Of a DNA stretch of 64,000 nt, positions 28,318 through 39,357 are shown one piece after another. Under the pieces are notes generated by a model that did not search any database, was not told the origin of the DNA, and saw only the letters and a list, made by a program, of their open reading frames with translations. The stretch comes from an uncultured Verrucomicrobiae bacterium (GTDB taxonomy: Bacteria; Chlamydiota; Chlamydiia; Chlamydiales; Rhabdochlamydiaceae): the NCBI GenBank assembly GCA_963806855.1, contig CAWDYW010000001.1, forward strand, positions 1,312,001-1,376,000, in the 5' to 3' direction. Every line of letters starts with the position of its first letter. Within the stretch, counting starts at the first letter, position 1. The translations under genes and the position numbers were made by a program.

Positions 28318-28907
28318 CCAAGACATCACGCAGCACATCTAGAGGGGGCTGATTGGCATTAAAAGTGGAGATCAGCTCTTGAGGGTACTCCTCGAGAACT
28401 TTCACCGTTTCCTTTTGATAGACCTCCATACGGCGGCGAAGGATCTCTTCGTCAAAGTCATCGACACGCCGCTCGATCACCGCTCTGCGCTTTAAGACGA
28501 TTGACCAGCACCTCAAGATCGGGCGTTTCCAGCACAATAATGTGCATCAGCTCGATATAGGGCTCGATCAATTTGGTCTGCTTTGCCGTCCTCGGAACCC
28601 CGTCGAGGAGCAGAAATTGGTCAGTTGGGAAATAGCAATTGGTCGCAATCAATCCCCTCACATAGTGGTGCCATATCTCGATCGTCACTTCATCGGGAAC
28701 CAAATTCCCCTCCACAGCATATTTGTGGAAGATCCTTCCTGCTGGCGATTCGGGAGAGAGTCCTCTGAAAATTGCACCTGAGGAAAGATGGTAATGGTTA
28801 CCTGCGCTACTCAAAAATTTTCCTAACGTCCCCTTTCCAGAGCCTGGCGGACCGAAAATGAGGATCGAACGAAAAGGAGCATTCTCGCTAAGAATTATTT
28901 TACTCAT
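28277..28907 (-). CDS. adk: Adenylate kinase, with one frameshift near 28492
   Basis: FGPPGSGKGT, HLSSGAIFR, LLDGVPRT; continues as KRRAVIERRVDD...RRMEVY in the next frame. Confidence 0.9.
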
Positions 28908-29002
28908 AATTTTTCTATATCATTTTTACAGTGAAAACTACAGATTTAAATTTTTAATATATACATAAATTAAGAACGCTTAAAGATTTAGAAAGAAAAT
29001 CA

Positions 29003-29030
29003 TTGACTTCTTATTAAGTGATATTATAAT
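29003..29030 (+). promoter_or_regulatory. Sigma66/70-like promoter
   Basis: TTGACT-16 nt-TATAAT upstream of the 29115 gene. Confidence 0.5.
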
Positions 29031-29114
29031 ATATTAATACTAACACAGCAAAAAGCTGTTTAGAATAAAACTAAACACTAACAATAAAAACATCCAAATT
29101 TGGAGGATAATAAA

Positions 29115-30023
29115 ATGGTTAATAAAGTCACTCAAGGATTAAAAGATTATTTTTCTTTAGAAGCTCAAAAGAAAGATGAAGCAAAATTTGATAAACAAGT
29201 TGATGAGGTCAAAGAAAAAGTTGACACACTTGGTAAAAGAGTTGTGAACTTCTTAGAAACAACAGCTGTTGATGTTCTGAAGTCACCAAGTAAAGTTTTT
29301 GCCGCACTTCAATTAGTCGAAGCGCAAAAAGATGAAGATGGAGAAGAAATTCCTCTTTCTCTTAAAGATAAACTTGGAAACTTCCACAAAAACGTCTTGA
29401 TTAAAGGGGACGAGGCTGCTCGAAATGCAGGCGAAGCAGCTCACCTCGCAACACGAAAATCTCTTCAATTCGTTCGAAAAGGTGCTAAGTGTATCAATAG
29501 AGAAAATATGGGCGCAACAGTTCAGAACTCAATTGCTCTTGTAATCGGGGCGATTGTTCGCGGTATTTTCTTCATCGTTTCTCAGCTCGGACATTTGAGA
29601 ACTCCAGCTGCTGCGGTTGGTATTGCTGCTGCTGTTGCGGTTACTGCCGTTGTCCCACAAGTCGCATGCGGAATTCTTGCCGTTAAGACTAACAACTTAA
29701 CTAACGAAGTAAAAGGGCTCAAAGCTGAGCTCAAAGCAAAAAATAGAGCTGAAGCTGCTCAAGCACAACAAGCTGCTACAACTAAGAAAAGAGCTGCTAT
29801 TGCTCTAGTTGCAACACTTGTTGCTGGTGCCGCAGTTGCTGCTTACCTCAACCCTGCTGTTGTAACAAGCGCAGCTTCTACAGTTGCTAGCGGTGCTAAA
29901 GCTATTTTTAGCAAAGTTAGTTCATTGTTTGCATCAAGAGCAGCTCAGCTGCCAATGTGTGGTCTCAATGAAGGGAATGCTACATGCAGCGCCAACACAA
30001 CTCTTTACACACTTGCTAGCTAA
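29115..30023 (+). CDS. Ala-rich Inc-like hypothetical protein with coiled coil
   Basis: RBS GGAGG, own promoter and terminator; two hydrophobic regions flank a coiled coil. Confidence 0.7.
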   Translation: MVNKVTQGLKDYFSLEAQKKDEAKFDKQVDEVKEKVDTLGKRVVNFLETTAVDVLKSPSKVFAALQLVEAQKDEDGEEIPLSLKDKLGNFHKNVLIKGDEAARNAGEAAHLATRKSLQFVRKGAKCINRENMGATVQNSIALVIGAIVRGIFFIVSQLGHLRTPAAAVGIAAAVAVTAVVPQVACGILAVKTNNLTNEVKGLKAELKAKNRAEAAQAQQAATTKKRAAIALVATLVAGAAVAAYLNPAVVTSAASTVASGAKAIFSKVSSLFASRAAQLPMCGLNEGNATCSANTTLYTLAS

Positions 30024-30047
30024 TTTAAATTAGTTCGTAAACAACAT

Positions 30048-30115
30048 AAGCATGGGGAGATTTCTCCCCATGCTTTTTTATTTAAATAAAAAAAGCGGGA
30101 GTTTTTCTCCCGCTT
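30048..30115. terminator. Two back-to-back Rho-independent terminators for convergent genes
   Basis: AAGCATGGGGAGA-TT-TCTCCCCATGCTT followed by a T-run; A-run then AAGCGGGAG-TTTTT-CTCCCGCTT. Confidence 0.85.
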
Positions 30116-30139
30116 ATTTTATTTAAAATAAAAAATGGT

Positions 30140-30382
30140 TTAAGCAAATGGATTTAACGTTTGAGTATAGGGACCGTCTTCGTCTGGAGGAAGTTGCGAG
30201 GGGTCGTTCGCTTCGGCCAAAAGGTCGGAGATCGTTGCCTTGAGTGTTTCGACACCTTCGGGAAATCCGCAGTCGACGAGCATGGTGTTGAGTTTAACGA
30301 GCTCGGTCTCGAGCATGTCCACTTTGCTCTCTAACCAGGCTACTTTTCTCCGAAGTTCTTGCGTATCCACTAATACCTCCAA
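30140..30382 (-). CDS. Small coiled-coil hypothetical protein
   Basis: 80-aa ORF with a heptad pattern, followed by a terminator. Confidence 0.65.
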   Translation of the reverse strand: MEVLVDTQELRRKVAWLESKVDMLETELVKLNTMLVDCGFPEGVETLKATISDLLAEANDPSQLPPDEDGPYTQTLNPFA

Positions 30383-30546
30383 TTTTAATTAAATTATTTC
30401 CTTATAAATATATTTTAACAATTATTGAATTTAAGATCAAGATTTAGTTAAGAAAATATAAATAATCACATCATTTTAATTATTAGTTACTTACAAATAG
30501 TTTTTTTCTTGCAGTTTTTACTCCCAATCGACTACTCTATTGCGAT

Positions 30547-30810
30547 ATGGCTAAACTGGTTTTTGTCGACGGTGGAGAAGAATATCAACTAGAAGAGGGC
30601 TCTCCTATTGCTCAAATTTGCGAGGAGGCTGGGGTTCCATTTGCCTGCACCGAAGGCATCTGTGGAACCTGTGTCATTGAAGTCGTCGAAGGGATGGAAA
30701 ATCTCTCTGATTTCACCCAAGAGGAAGAGGACTTCCTCGGCGATATGGATAAAGAGCGGCTCGCTTGCCAATGCAAGATTAAGGGCGGCTGTGTTAAAAT
30801 TAAATTCTGA
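30547..30810 (+). CDS. fdx: 2Fe-2S ferredoxin
   Basis: ACTEGICGTC...ERLACQC. Confidence 0.92.
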   Translation: MAKLVFVDGGEEYQLEEGSPIAQICEEAGVPFACTEGICGTCVIEVVEGMENLSDFTQEEEDFLGDMDKERLACQCKIKGGCVKIKF

Positions 30811-30821
30811 GGTAAGAAACC

Positions 30822-31391
30822 ATGACTAAGCAAGATGAGAAGATTTCACGCGAAATGACGATTGAGGACATTTTCGCTAAGTTCCCCCATAAGGCTCAAA
30901 AGCTTGCACAAGAGATCACCAATGCGGGTCTCCACTGCGTCGGATGCCAGGCGGCCACTTGGGAGACTCTCGAGGCAGGGATGCTGGGGCATGGGTATGC
31001 CGAAGACGAAATCGATGGGCTAGTCGCTAGCCTCAATGCGATCCTTCAAGAGAAGCAAGATCTAGAGTCCATTAGCCTCACCAAGCGGGCAGCCGAGAAA
31101 TTCAAAGAAATCCTCGCCGAAGAGGATAAATCCGATTGGGGGCTCCGTTTTGGCGATAAGGCAGCGGGATGCAGCGGTTTTGAATATGTGCTCGATTTCT
31201 CCAAGCAGCCTAAAGACGATGATATCGTGTTCCAATCGCACGGGGTCCCTATCCATGTCAATAAAGGGGCCTTGAGCCGCCTAGTTGGCTCGGAGATCGA
31301 TTATGTCGAAGGGCTCAACCACGCTGGATTCAAGATCTCTAATCCCAATGCCAAAAGCTCTTGCGGCTGCGGTAAATCTCAGTCCTACTAA
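30822..31391 (+). CDS. iscA: IscA/HesB Fe-S carrier with an N-terminal DUF1858-like domain
   Basis: GCSGFEY and NPNAKSSCGCGKS; N-terminal GLHCVGCQAATWETLE. Confidence 0.85.
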   Translation: MTKQDEKISREMTIEDIFAKFPHKAQKLAQEITNAGLHCVGCQAATWETLEAGMLGHGYAEDEIDGLVASLNAILQEKQDLESISLTKRAAEKFKEILAEEDKSDWGLRFGDKAAGCSGFEYVLDFSKQPKDDDIVFQSHGVPIHVNKGALSRLVGSEIDYVEGLNHAGFKISNPNAKSSCGCGKSQSY

Positions 31392-32758
31392 CGGTGGATA
31401 GGGCGGCCATGGACTGCCAAGGCTGCCTCTTTAACCGCTTCTGAGAAGGTCGGATGGGCGTGGGGGGCATTCCCCAGCTCGAGAGCTGTCATCTTCTTCT
31501 CGATCGCTACAACCCCTTCTGCGATGATTTCTGAAGCATGGGCGCCGAGGATATGGATCCCCAAAATGCGGTCGGACTTGCCGTCAGCGACGATTTTGAC
31601 CATCCCTTCTGTCTCCCCCGTACACTTGGCCCGAGAGTTGATTTTAAAGGGAAAAGTACCCGTTTTGACATCTACCCCCATCCCCTTTGCCTCTGCCTCA
31701 GTTAAACCAACGGCTGCCACCTCTGGATTAGTATAGACCACGTTGGGGATCGCTATGTATTCGATCATGGGTCTTTGGCCGGCGATCAATTCCGCAACGG
31801 CAACCCCTTCTTCAGAAGCTTTATGGGCGAGCATCGGGCCATCGACGATATCCCCAATGGCATAGATATTGGGAATTTTGGTCTGAAAACGGCCATTAAT
31901 GGGGATAAACCCTTTCTCATTGGCGGTGATGCCCACATTTTCGAGTCCCAAGCCTATAGTATAGGGACGGCGGCCGATTGAGCAGAGGATCACATTGGCC
32001 TCTAATTGGCTCTTCTGCCCCTCTTTTTCGATGGTGAGGGTGGTCCCATCGGCGGCGATGACTTTTGAGGAGAGATGGAAGGTCATCCCCTGCTTTTCGA
32101 GGATCTGCTGGAGGTTTTTCGAAATCACTTCCTCCATGGTTGGGCAAATTCTAGGGAGGAATTCGACGAAGGTGACATTCGAGCCGAGCCGACTATAGAC
32201 CGAACCGAGCTCCACCCCAATTGCACCCGCGCCGATGACAATCATCTTCTGTGGGATGCTCTCCAGGCTTAAGGCGCCAGTTGAGGTGACGATCCGCTTT
32301 TCATCGATTTGCAGAAAAGGCAATTGAATTGGCTCCGATCCTGATGCCAGGATGATCGAACCGGCTTCAAAATCGACTCCATTCACCGAGACAGTCGTTG
32401 GGGATTTGAGCGTCCCTGTCCCTTTGAGATGGGTCACCTTATTTTTGTGGAAAAGGGCTCCAACTCCTAGGGTAAACTCATGGACCACCTCTTTTTTTCG
32501 GTCCATCATTTTGTCGAAATCGAACGCAATATGGCCCGCTTGGACTCCATGATCGGGAAAATGGTGCTCTAGTTGATAGTACAGGTCTGAGGAGTGGAGA
32601 AGCGCTTTGGAAGGGATGCAACCGATATTGAGACAGGTCCCCCCGAGGTCCCCTTTTTCGACACAGGCGGTCTTTAATCCAAGCTGCCCGCACCGAATCG
32701 CCGCCACATAGCCGCCGGGGCCGCTTCCAATGACAATCACATCAAATTTCTCGCTCAT
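31388..32758 (-). CDS. lpdA: Dihydrolipoamide dehydrogenase
   Basis: GSGPGGY, GGTCLNIGCIPSK, MLAHKA, HAHPTFSE. Confidence 0.97.
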   Translation of the reverse strand: MSEKFDVIVIGSGPGGYVAAIRCGQLGLKTACVEKGDLGGTCLNIGCIPSKALLHSSDLYYQLEHHFPDHGVQAGHIAFDFDKMMDRKKEVVHEFTLGVGALFHKNKVTHLKGTGTLKSPTTVSVNGVDFEAGSIILASGSEPIQLPFLQIDEKRIVTSTGALSLESIPQKMIVIGAGAIGVELGSVYSRLGSNVTFVEFLPRICPTMEEVISKNLQQILEKQGMTFHLSSKVIAADGTTLTIEKEGQKSQLEANVILCSIGRRPYTIGLGLENVGITANEKGFIPINGRFQTKIPNIYAIGDIVDGPMLAHKASEEGVAVAELIAGQRPMIEYIAIPNVVYTNPEVAAVGLTEAEAKGMGVDVKTGTFPFKINSRAKCTGETEGMVKIVADGKSDRILGIHILGAHASEIIAEGVVAIEKKMTALELGNAPHAHPTFSEAVKEAALAVHGRPIHR

Positions 32759-32784
32759 ATGCTCCTTATAGCTAAGACTGGGTT

Positions 32785-32871
32785 AAACGCAAAGACGCTA
32801 AGGCGCAAAGACGCAGGAAAAGAAGAAAATAATTTTTTTTGCGTCTTTGCGCCCTTTGCGTCTTTGCGTTT
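32785..32871. repeat. REP-like palindrome family A
   Basis: AAACGCAAAGACGCTAAGGCGCAAAGACGCA / A-T loop / TGCGTCTTTGCGCCCTTTGCGTCTTTGCGTTT. Confidence 0.85.
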
Positions 32872-32887
32872 TAAAAAGGCGAACATA

Positions 32888-34012
32888 TTATAGATCGATC
32901 AGCATCCTTGTTGGCTCTTCCAGATTGTTCTTCATATGGACCAGGAACTGGATCGCCTCTCGTCCATCGACGATCCTGTGATCATAGCTGAGGGCCAGAT
33001 ACATAATTGGACGGATGACGATCTCATCGGCGACGACAACCGGCCGTTTGACGATGGTGTGCATTCCTAAAATCGCGCTCTGAGGCGGATTGAGGATGGG
33101 GGTGGAGAGCATGGAGCCGAAGACCCCTCCATTGGTGATGGTGAAGCTGCCTCCCCGCATATCGTCGACCGAAATTCTCCCTTCGCGCGCTTTTTTGGCA
33201 AATGCGGCAATGTCTTGCTCGATTTGGCCAAAGCTCTTTTGGTCGCTGCCACGGAGGACGGGGACCATTAGCCCTTTTTCTGTCGATACTGCAATGCAGA
33301 CGTCATAGGTCTGGAAGGTAACGATCTCTTCGCCATCGACATAGGAGTTGACTTCGGGGAACTCCTTTAGGGCTGCGACGACCGCTTTGACGAAGAAGGA
33401 CATGAAGCCTAATTTCACCCCATTGCGCTTCATGAAGGCCTCCTGCTCGCGAGCCCGAATCGCCATGATATTGGACATATCGACTTCGTTAAAGGTGGTC
33501 AACATGGCGGTCTGATTTTTGACTGCTACGAGGCGCTCAGCGATGGTTCTGCGCAGCGCTGTCATCCGCTTTCTGGTGGTTTTACCCACCTCTTCTTTGG
33601 TCTTCGGCAGGACGGGCGTTGGCATTTTGATTTCGGGTGTCTTTCCCAATTCGGCGACAAAATCGGCGCTCGTTTTGCGCACGGATGGGCCTTCTACAGC
33701 AGAAGGAGCTGGAGGTGGCGGTATCGGAGCAGCGGGGGCTGGAGCCGCGGCAGCAACGGGCTTTTCCTCTTTTTTGCCGCTAGTGTCGATCGAGCCGATC
33801 ACTTGCCCAATTTTCACCACATCGTTGACTTGTACGGTTAGGGTCAAGATCCCCTCGCCAGTTGCGTAGATCACTTGGTTGACCTTGTCGGTTTCGAGCT
33901 CGACAATCTCTTCATCGGTTTTGACATAGCTTCCACTCGGCTTCAAAATCTGGCTGACAGTCGCTTCTGAAACAGATTCTCCAGCGGATGGGACTTTGAT
34001 CTCTAATTTCAT
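32888..34012 (-). CDS. sucB: 2-oxoglutarate dehydrogenase E2 (dihydrolipoyl succinyltransferase)
   Basis: Lipoyl ELETDKV; AMLTTFNEVDM; LALSYDHRIVDGREA. Confidence 0.96.
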   Translation of the reverse strand: MKLEIKVPSAGESVSEATVSQILKPSGSYVKTDEEIVELETDKVNQVIYATGEGILTLTVQVNDVVKIGQVIGSIDTSGKKEEKPVAAAAPAPAAPIPPPPAPSAVEGPSVRKTSADFVAELGKTPEIKMPTPVLPKTKEEVGKTTRKRMTALRRTIAERLVAVKNQTAMLTTFNEVDMSNIMAIRAREQEAFMKRNGVKLGFMSFFVKAVVAALKEFPEVNSYVDGEEIVTFQTYDVCIAVSTEKGLMVPVLRGSDQKSFGQIEQDIAAFAKKAREGRISVDDMRGGSFTITNGGVFGSMLSTPILNPPQSAILGMHTIVKRPVVVADEIVIRPIMYLALSYDHRIVDGREAIQFLVHMKNNLEEPTRMLIDL

Positions 34013-36690
34013 GATGGGGATCCTTGGCTATAAAGTTGTTGCATGATGGCCTCATGCTCGAGATGGTGCAGCGCATGCGAACCGGCGGCTGGCGATGCTG
34101 CTTCAGCGCGGCCGATATAGGAAATATTCTCTATTCGGTGTCGGAGGAAATTCCAAGCGCCCATATTAGCATGTTCTTCTTGCACGTAGGCACAGGGTAA
34201 AGAGCCATATTTTTTGATCAGGGCGGCAAGCTTTTCTGTGTGTAGAGGGTAAAGCTGCTCGATGCGCAGGATCACATCTTCTGCGCTGCGCTTCTCCCGC
34301 TCTTGGACTAAATCGTAGTAGACTTTGCCGCTACAGATCAAGATCCGTTTCGGGCTTTTCGGCGGATTGGGATCGTCTAAAATTTCTTCAAAATGGCCTT
34401 CAGAGAAGTCTTTGAGGGGGCTGCGGCACAGAGGATGGCGGAGTAAAACCTTGGGTGTAAACACGATTAGCGGTTTTTTTATCGGCCGGAGGCCTTGGCG
34501 GCGGAGCAGATGGAAGAACTGGGCTGGGGTGGTGCAATTGACCACTGTCATATTCTCGTCAGCGCAAAGCTGCAGATATCTTTCGATACGGGCTGAAGAA
34601 TGTTCTGGGCCCATCCCCTCGTAGCCGTGAGGCAGTAAGAGGGTCAAATTGGTGCTCTGTCCCCATTTCATTTCCGAGGGGGCGATGTACTGGTCGATGA
34701 TCACTTGCGCCCCATTGGCGAAGTCTCCAAATTGCCCTTCCCAGAGAACCAGCGATTTTGGGTACATCAAGCTATAGCCAAATTCAAAGCCAAGCACCCC
34801 TACCTCTGAAAGTGGAGAATTGTAGAGATCGCAGCGCGCTTGTGTGTCGCTCAAATGGGAGAGTGGAAAATAATGGGCTGCTGTCAGCTGGTCAACGTAC
34901 ATGCCGTGCCGATGGGAAAAGGTGCCGCGGCGCGAGTCTTGGCCAGAGAGTCGAACATGAATGCCCTCCGTGACGAGGGTTCCGTAGGCGAGCATCTCTG
35001 CCATCCCCCAATCGAGGGTTTGCTCGAGCATATTTTCCCGCTCTTTTAAAAGTCGCTGCACTTTAGGGTGGAGATTAACGCCCGGCGGGATTTGAGCAAT
35101 TTTTTTGCCGATTTCGAGCAGGGTATTTCTGTCCACACGTGTCTCAAAGGGCTTCAAGAGCTGCTCGAGGTCTCTCCCTTTTTTACGGATCTTCAACTTC
35201 TCAGGTGCTGGCTTGCTCGCTTTGACACTCTCGAGAATTTTGTTTAAATTGTCGTGGAACTGTCTCTCGATCTCTTCGGCTGCTGCAGCGTTTAAAATCC
35301 CCTCTTCAATCAGACGATCGCGGTAGATTTCTCTGATCGTCTTCTTCGCTCGAATGATCTGATATTCTAGCGGCTGGGTAAAGGTTGGCTCATCCCCTTC
35401 GTTGTGCCCATATTTCCGATACCCCATCAGGTCGATGAAGACATCGCACCCAAATTGCTGCCTGAGCTGAATCGCCAGATTTGCCACCGCGACGCAAGCA
35501 TCCGGATCTTCGGCGCTCACATGGAACACAGGCGCGCCGAAGGCTTTGGCGATATCGGTGCAATATCTAGTCGAGCGGGTATCTTTTGGAAGAGTGGTGA
35601 AGCCGATTTGGTTGTTGATGACAATATGGATCGTGCCCCTAGTCCGGTAACCGTTGAGATCAGCCAGCGTTAGCGTCTCATAAACGATTCCCTGTCCCGC
35701 GACGGCCGCATCGCCATGGACTAAAATCGGGAGCACCTCGCTCGCCTGTGCTTTCTCCCTTTTTTGCTCTTGCAGCGCCCGCGCCAGCCCTTCAACAACC
35801 GGATCGACCGATTCCAAGTGGCTCGGGTTGGCCGACAGCATCACCTGTATTTTCTTGTAGGTGCCGGCAAAGCCCATATGATACTTCACATCGCCGGTCG
35901 ACTCAGCGAGATCGGGGGTATAATAGTCCTCAAATTCTTCGAAGATGTAGCCATAGGACTTGCCCATGATATTGGCCAGCACATTGAGCCTTCCACGGTG
36001 AGCCATCCCGATGATCGCATCGGTGAGTCCCAGTTCTTGCCCTTTGTTCAAAATCGCATGAAAAATGGGGATAAAGGTCTCTTCACCCTCGAGAGAAAAT
36101 CGCTTCTGCCCCACATATTTGGTGTGTAAAAAAGTCTCAAATCCTTCCGCCTGATTGAGCTGCTTGAGGATCTCCACCTTGTCGCCTGTAGAGAGTCGAT
36201 TGGGAAAATAGGGCTCGATCTGCTTTTGGATCCACTCTTGCATCGCCACATTGCCCAAATTCATGTACTCGACCCCAATGGTGCGGCAATAGGTTTTCTG
36301 CAGCGCCTCAATGATCTCGCTAAGCGGCGCCTTTTCCTTGTCGAGAAGACCGTTGGTCGGAAATGGACGCCCAGATCCTTGTCGGAAAGGCCAAAATTCT
36401 CCAATTTTAGCTCACTTGGCAAGAGAGGGAGCCTCTGTTGCTACACAATCGCAGCGGGCCATCAAGTGACCATAAGTGCGGTAGGCCTGGATGAGGTAGT
36501 AGACCCGCAGGTCGGCGCTTTCAACCCGCGGGGGAAACGCCTTCGCCAAATTGGAGCCGAGCTGCATCCCATCAAAGAAGTTTTGCCAGGAGGGATCCAC
36601 ATTTTGAGGGTTCTTCTGCCACTCGGAATAGAGATTCTCCAGAAGTTTAAGATTGGCTAGGTTGGCGTAACTAGGTTGATCTTGACTCAT
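34009..36690 (-). CDS. sucA: 2-oxoglutarate dehydrogenase E1, with a compensating indel pair at about 36370-36430
   Basis: VDPSWQNFF, AYRTYGH, KRFSLEG, GMAHRGRLN, HGDAAVAGQG, GQDSRRGTFSHRH, GPEHSSAR. Confidence 0.93.
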
Positions 36691-36781
36691 ATCCTGCCCT
36701 TATAACGATCCAAGAAAATTTTAGCTAGGTTTTAAAGGTGCATTACTGTAAAGTATCGCAGAAAAGCTAAGGTGATATAGC

Positions 36782-37258
36782 ATGAGTTTAAAGAGTGAAC
36801 GTCTAAAAAAACTAGAGAATGAACTATCAGATTTAGAGCAATGGCTTAAATTGGGCCTTGTTCCAAAGAAGGATCTAATCAAGCATTCTGAAGAAATCGA
36901 AGGGATAAAGAAAAAAATTGACGAAGAACTCGAGCGGCTCAAATTCCTAAAAGAGAGCGGTGAAGTGGAAGAATATGTGCCTCCTAAGCGTGGCGGAAGA
37001 GCTGCCTATCAGGAGCCGCAAAGCATGCCCGATGTGACCATAGGCGACGAAACCGCAACTGAAAGCGAGGCAACTGGCTTCGAATCTGAAACAGAATCCT
37101 TCGATACCGAAACTGTAACCGGCGAAGAGACCACCGAAGAGACCACCAAAGAAGAAGAGGTATCCTCTCAGATTTACGAAGATGATGAAGATCCCTACAG
37201 CGACAAAAACCGCTGGAGACGGGGCATCCTCCACGACCCCGACGCAGATGAATGGTAG
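36782..37258 (+). CDS. Conserved chlamydial acidic protein (CT053-like)
   Basis: KSERLKKLENELSDLEQWLKLGLVPKKD start and DKNRWRRG...DPDADEW end; sits between sucA and hemN/hemW as in Chlamydia. Confidence 0.75.
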   Translation: MSLKSERLKKLENELSDLEQWLKLGLVPKKDLIKHSEEIEGIKKKIDEELERLKFLKESGEVEEYVPPKRGGRAAYQEPQSMPDVTIGDETATESEATGFESETESFDTETVTGEETTEETTKEEEVSSQIYEDDEDPYSDKNRWRRGILHDPDADEW

Positions 37259-38336
37259 TATTTACTTCCATATTCCCTTCTGCAACAAAAAGTGCCCCTA
37301 CTGCCATTTCTACGTAATCCCGAACAATCCCAAACATAAGCAAGAGCTCCTCGAGGGGCTCCTGCTTGAATGGGAGCAAGTGCGGGACCAATTGGCAAAT
37401 TTCAACATCATTTCCATCTATTTTGGCGGAGGGACCCCGACCCTCTTTGGACCCCACCCGATTCAGACCATCCTCGAAAAAATCGGCGTCCCTAACGGTT
37501 GCGAAGTGACCATTGAGGCCAACCCCGAAGATGTGACAGTAGAGCTGATGCAAGGCTATAAACAAGCAGGCGTCAACCGGGTGAGCATCGGGGTCCAATC
37601 GCTCCAAGACGATTCACTCAACGTGCTCGAGCGAACCCACAATGCGCAAAAAGCGATCGACGCCATTTGGGATACCTATCATGCCGGCATCACCAATATT
37701 TCGATCGATCTCATGTATGAACTCCCCGACCAAACCCCCGAAAGCTTTGAAAAGACCCTGCAACAATTAAAAAGCCTCCCCATCACCCACCTATCCCTCT
37801 ATAATTTGACCATTGAACCGCATACTGCCTTTTACAAGCGGCCCCTCAAACTCCCTTCAGATGCAGAGAATTTCACCATGCATAACATGGCTGTGAGCCA
37901 GATCGAAAAGATCGGCTTGAAAAGGTATGAAATTTCTGCCTTTGCCAAACCTGGCTTTGAGTCGCGCCACAACGTCGGATATTGGACCGCCCGCCCCTTC
38001 CTCGGCTTAGGCCCATCGGCTTTCAGTTACTTTAAAGGAAAACGGTACCGCAACTGCGCCAACTTGAGCAAATATCTCGCTGCTCTGCGGAGCGGAGAAT
38101 CCCCGGTTGATTTCGAAGAAGCGCTCCCCTATCCCCAAAACGTCCATGAACTTCTCGCCGTCGAGTTGCGGCTCCTGCGAGGAGTCGATTTGACCCGCTT
38201 TAACCTCCCTGAAAAGACCAAAATCGTGCTCGACCGGCTCATTAAAGAAAAATATCTAACTCTTGACCGAGAGACCCTTAGACTCTCTGAAAAGGGGCTT
38301 TTGTTCTACGATACTGTCGCCAGCGAAATAATTTAA
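37248..38336 (+). CDS. hemW: Radical SAM heme chaperone HemW (HemN-like)
   Basis: YFHIPFCNKKCPYCHF, YFGGGTPT, EANP, YEISAFA, HNVGYW. Confidence 0.93.
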   Translation: MNGSIYFHIPFCNKKCPYCHFYVIPNNPKHKQELLEGLLLEWEQVRDQLANFNIISIYFGGGTPTLFGPHPIQTILEKIGVPNGCEVTIEANPEDVTVELMQGYKQAGVNRVSIGVQSLQDDSLNVLERTHNAQKAIDAIWDTYHAGITNISIDLMYELPDQTPESFEKTLQQLKSLPITHLSLYNLTIEPHTAFYKRPLKLPSDAENFTMHNMAVSQIEKIGLKRYEISAFAKPGFESRHNVGYWTARPFLGLGPSAFSYFKGKRYRNCANLSKYLAALRSGESPVDFEEALPYPQNVHELLAVELRLLRGVDLTRFNLPEKTKIVLDRLIKEKYLTLDRETLRLSEKGLLFYDTVASEII

Positions 38337-38437
38337 GTGTCTAATTATAAGTTCTTTGCTCTATTAAAAAATATTTATTAGACACAAAAATGGATAAAAA
38401 TGTAGGATAAAGATAAAATTTGCCGACATTATTATCC

Positions 38438-39043
38438 ATGCGCGCTATAGAAAAAGCGATAAAGATCTTTAAGAAAAATCATAGTTTGCTCAGGACTGCC
38501 GAAGCTCTCCGTTTGGGTATACATCCTCGTACTTTATATCAAATGCGGGATGAAGGACTAATAGAACAGCTTGCGAAGGGGGTCTATAGACTGATTGAAG
38601 TTCCAGATTTTTCTGAACCAGATTTAGTCCTTATCTCAAAAAAGATTCCCAATGGCATTATCTGTTTGATTTCCGCTCTAGCTTTTTATGAAATCACCAC
38701 ACAGATTCCTCATTTTGTCTATGTTGCAATTCCTCATAAAGCCAGAGAATCTCGTTTATCTTATCCTCCAATTCGTTACTTTCACTATTCAGAAAAAACC
38801 TACAATGCAGGGGTTGAAACTAAATTAATTGGAGGGTATCCTATCAAAATTTTTAGTATTGAAAAGACCTTGGCAGATTGTATTAAATTTCGTAATAAAA
38901 TTGGCATGGATGTAGTGATAGAAGCTTTAAAGATGTACTGGCAACTCAAAGACACTAAGATAGACAAACTATTTGAGTATGCAAAATTAAATCGAGTTGA
39001 AAAAATACTTCAGCCAATTATGGAAACGATCGTGAGCCAATAA
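38438..39043 (+). CDS. Type IV TA antitoxin, AbiEi family
   Basis: GIHPRTLYQM...GVYRL, ICLISALAFYEITTQIP, EKTLADCIKFRNKIG. Confidence 0.88.
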   Translation: MRAIEKAIKIFKKNHSLLRTAEALRLGIHPRTLYQMRDEGLIEQLAKGVYRLIEVPDFSEPDLVLISKKIPNGIICLISALAFYEITTQIPHFVYVAIPHKARESRLSYPPIRYFHYSEKTYNAGVETKLIGGYPIKIFSIEKTLADCIKFRNKIGMDVVIEALKMYWQLKDTKIDKLFEYAKLNRVEKILQPIMETIVSQ

Positions 39044-39044
39044 A

Positions 39045-39357
39045 ATGGAAAATCCTAAGAAGAATCTCTCTGAATCAATCTATAATCGTTTGAAAAATGT
39101 TGCTAAAACAAGGGAAAGGCCTGTTCAAGAAGTTTTAAAATACTATGCAATGGAGCGGTTTCTTTATCGATTGGGGATATCACCTTATCAAAAATCTTTT
39201 TATCTGAAAGGTGGATTAATGTTGATGCTTTGGAATCCTAAGAGCCATAGAGCTACGGTCGATATTGATCTTCTTAGCAAGACCTCTAATTCCATTTCTA
39301 ATTTGCAAAAAATTATTAAAGAAATTTGTTCCTCTGAGTTTAATTTAGATGGGGTGT
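39045..39357 (+). pseudogene. AbiEii nucleotidyltransferase toxin, 3'-truncated
   Basis: YAMERFLYRL, FYLKGG, RATVDIDL; similarity ends at about residue 104 (DGVF), where the convergent arsR ends. Confidence 0.8.

Noticed and set aside
36412..36414. In-frame TGA in sucA as readthrough or selenocysteine
   Set aside because: The adjacent frame restores a sensible ELKLENFGLSDKDL segment, so a compensating indel pair explains it.
37248..38336. Radical SAM enzyme as maturase for the Nif11 peptide
   Set aside because: It has HemW motifs and housekeeping synteny, and it lies about 36 kb away.
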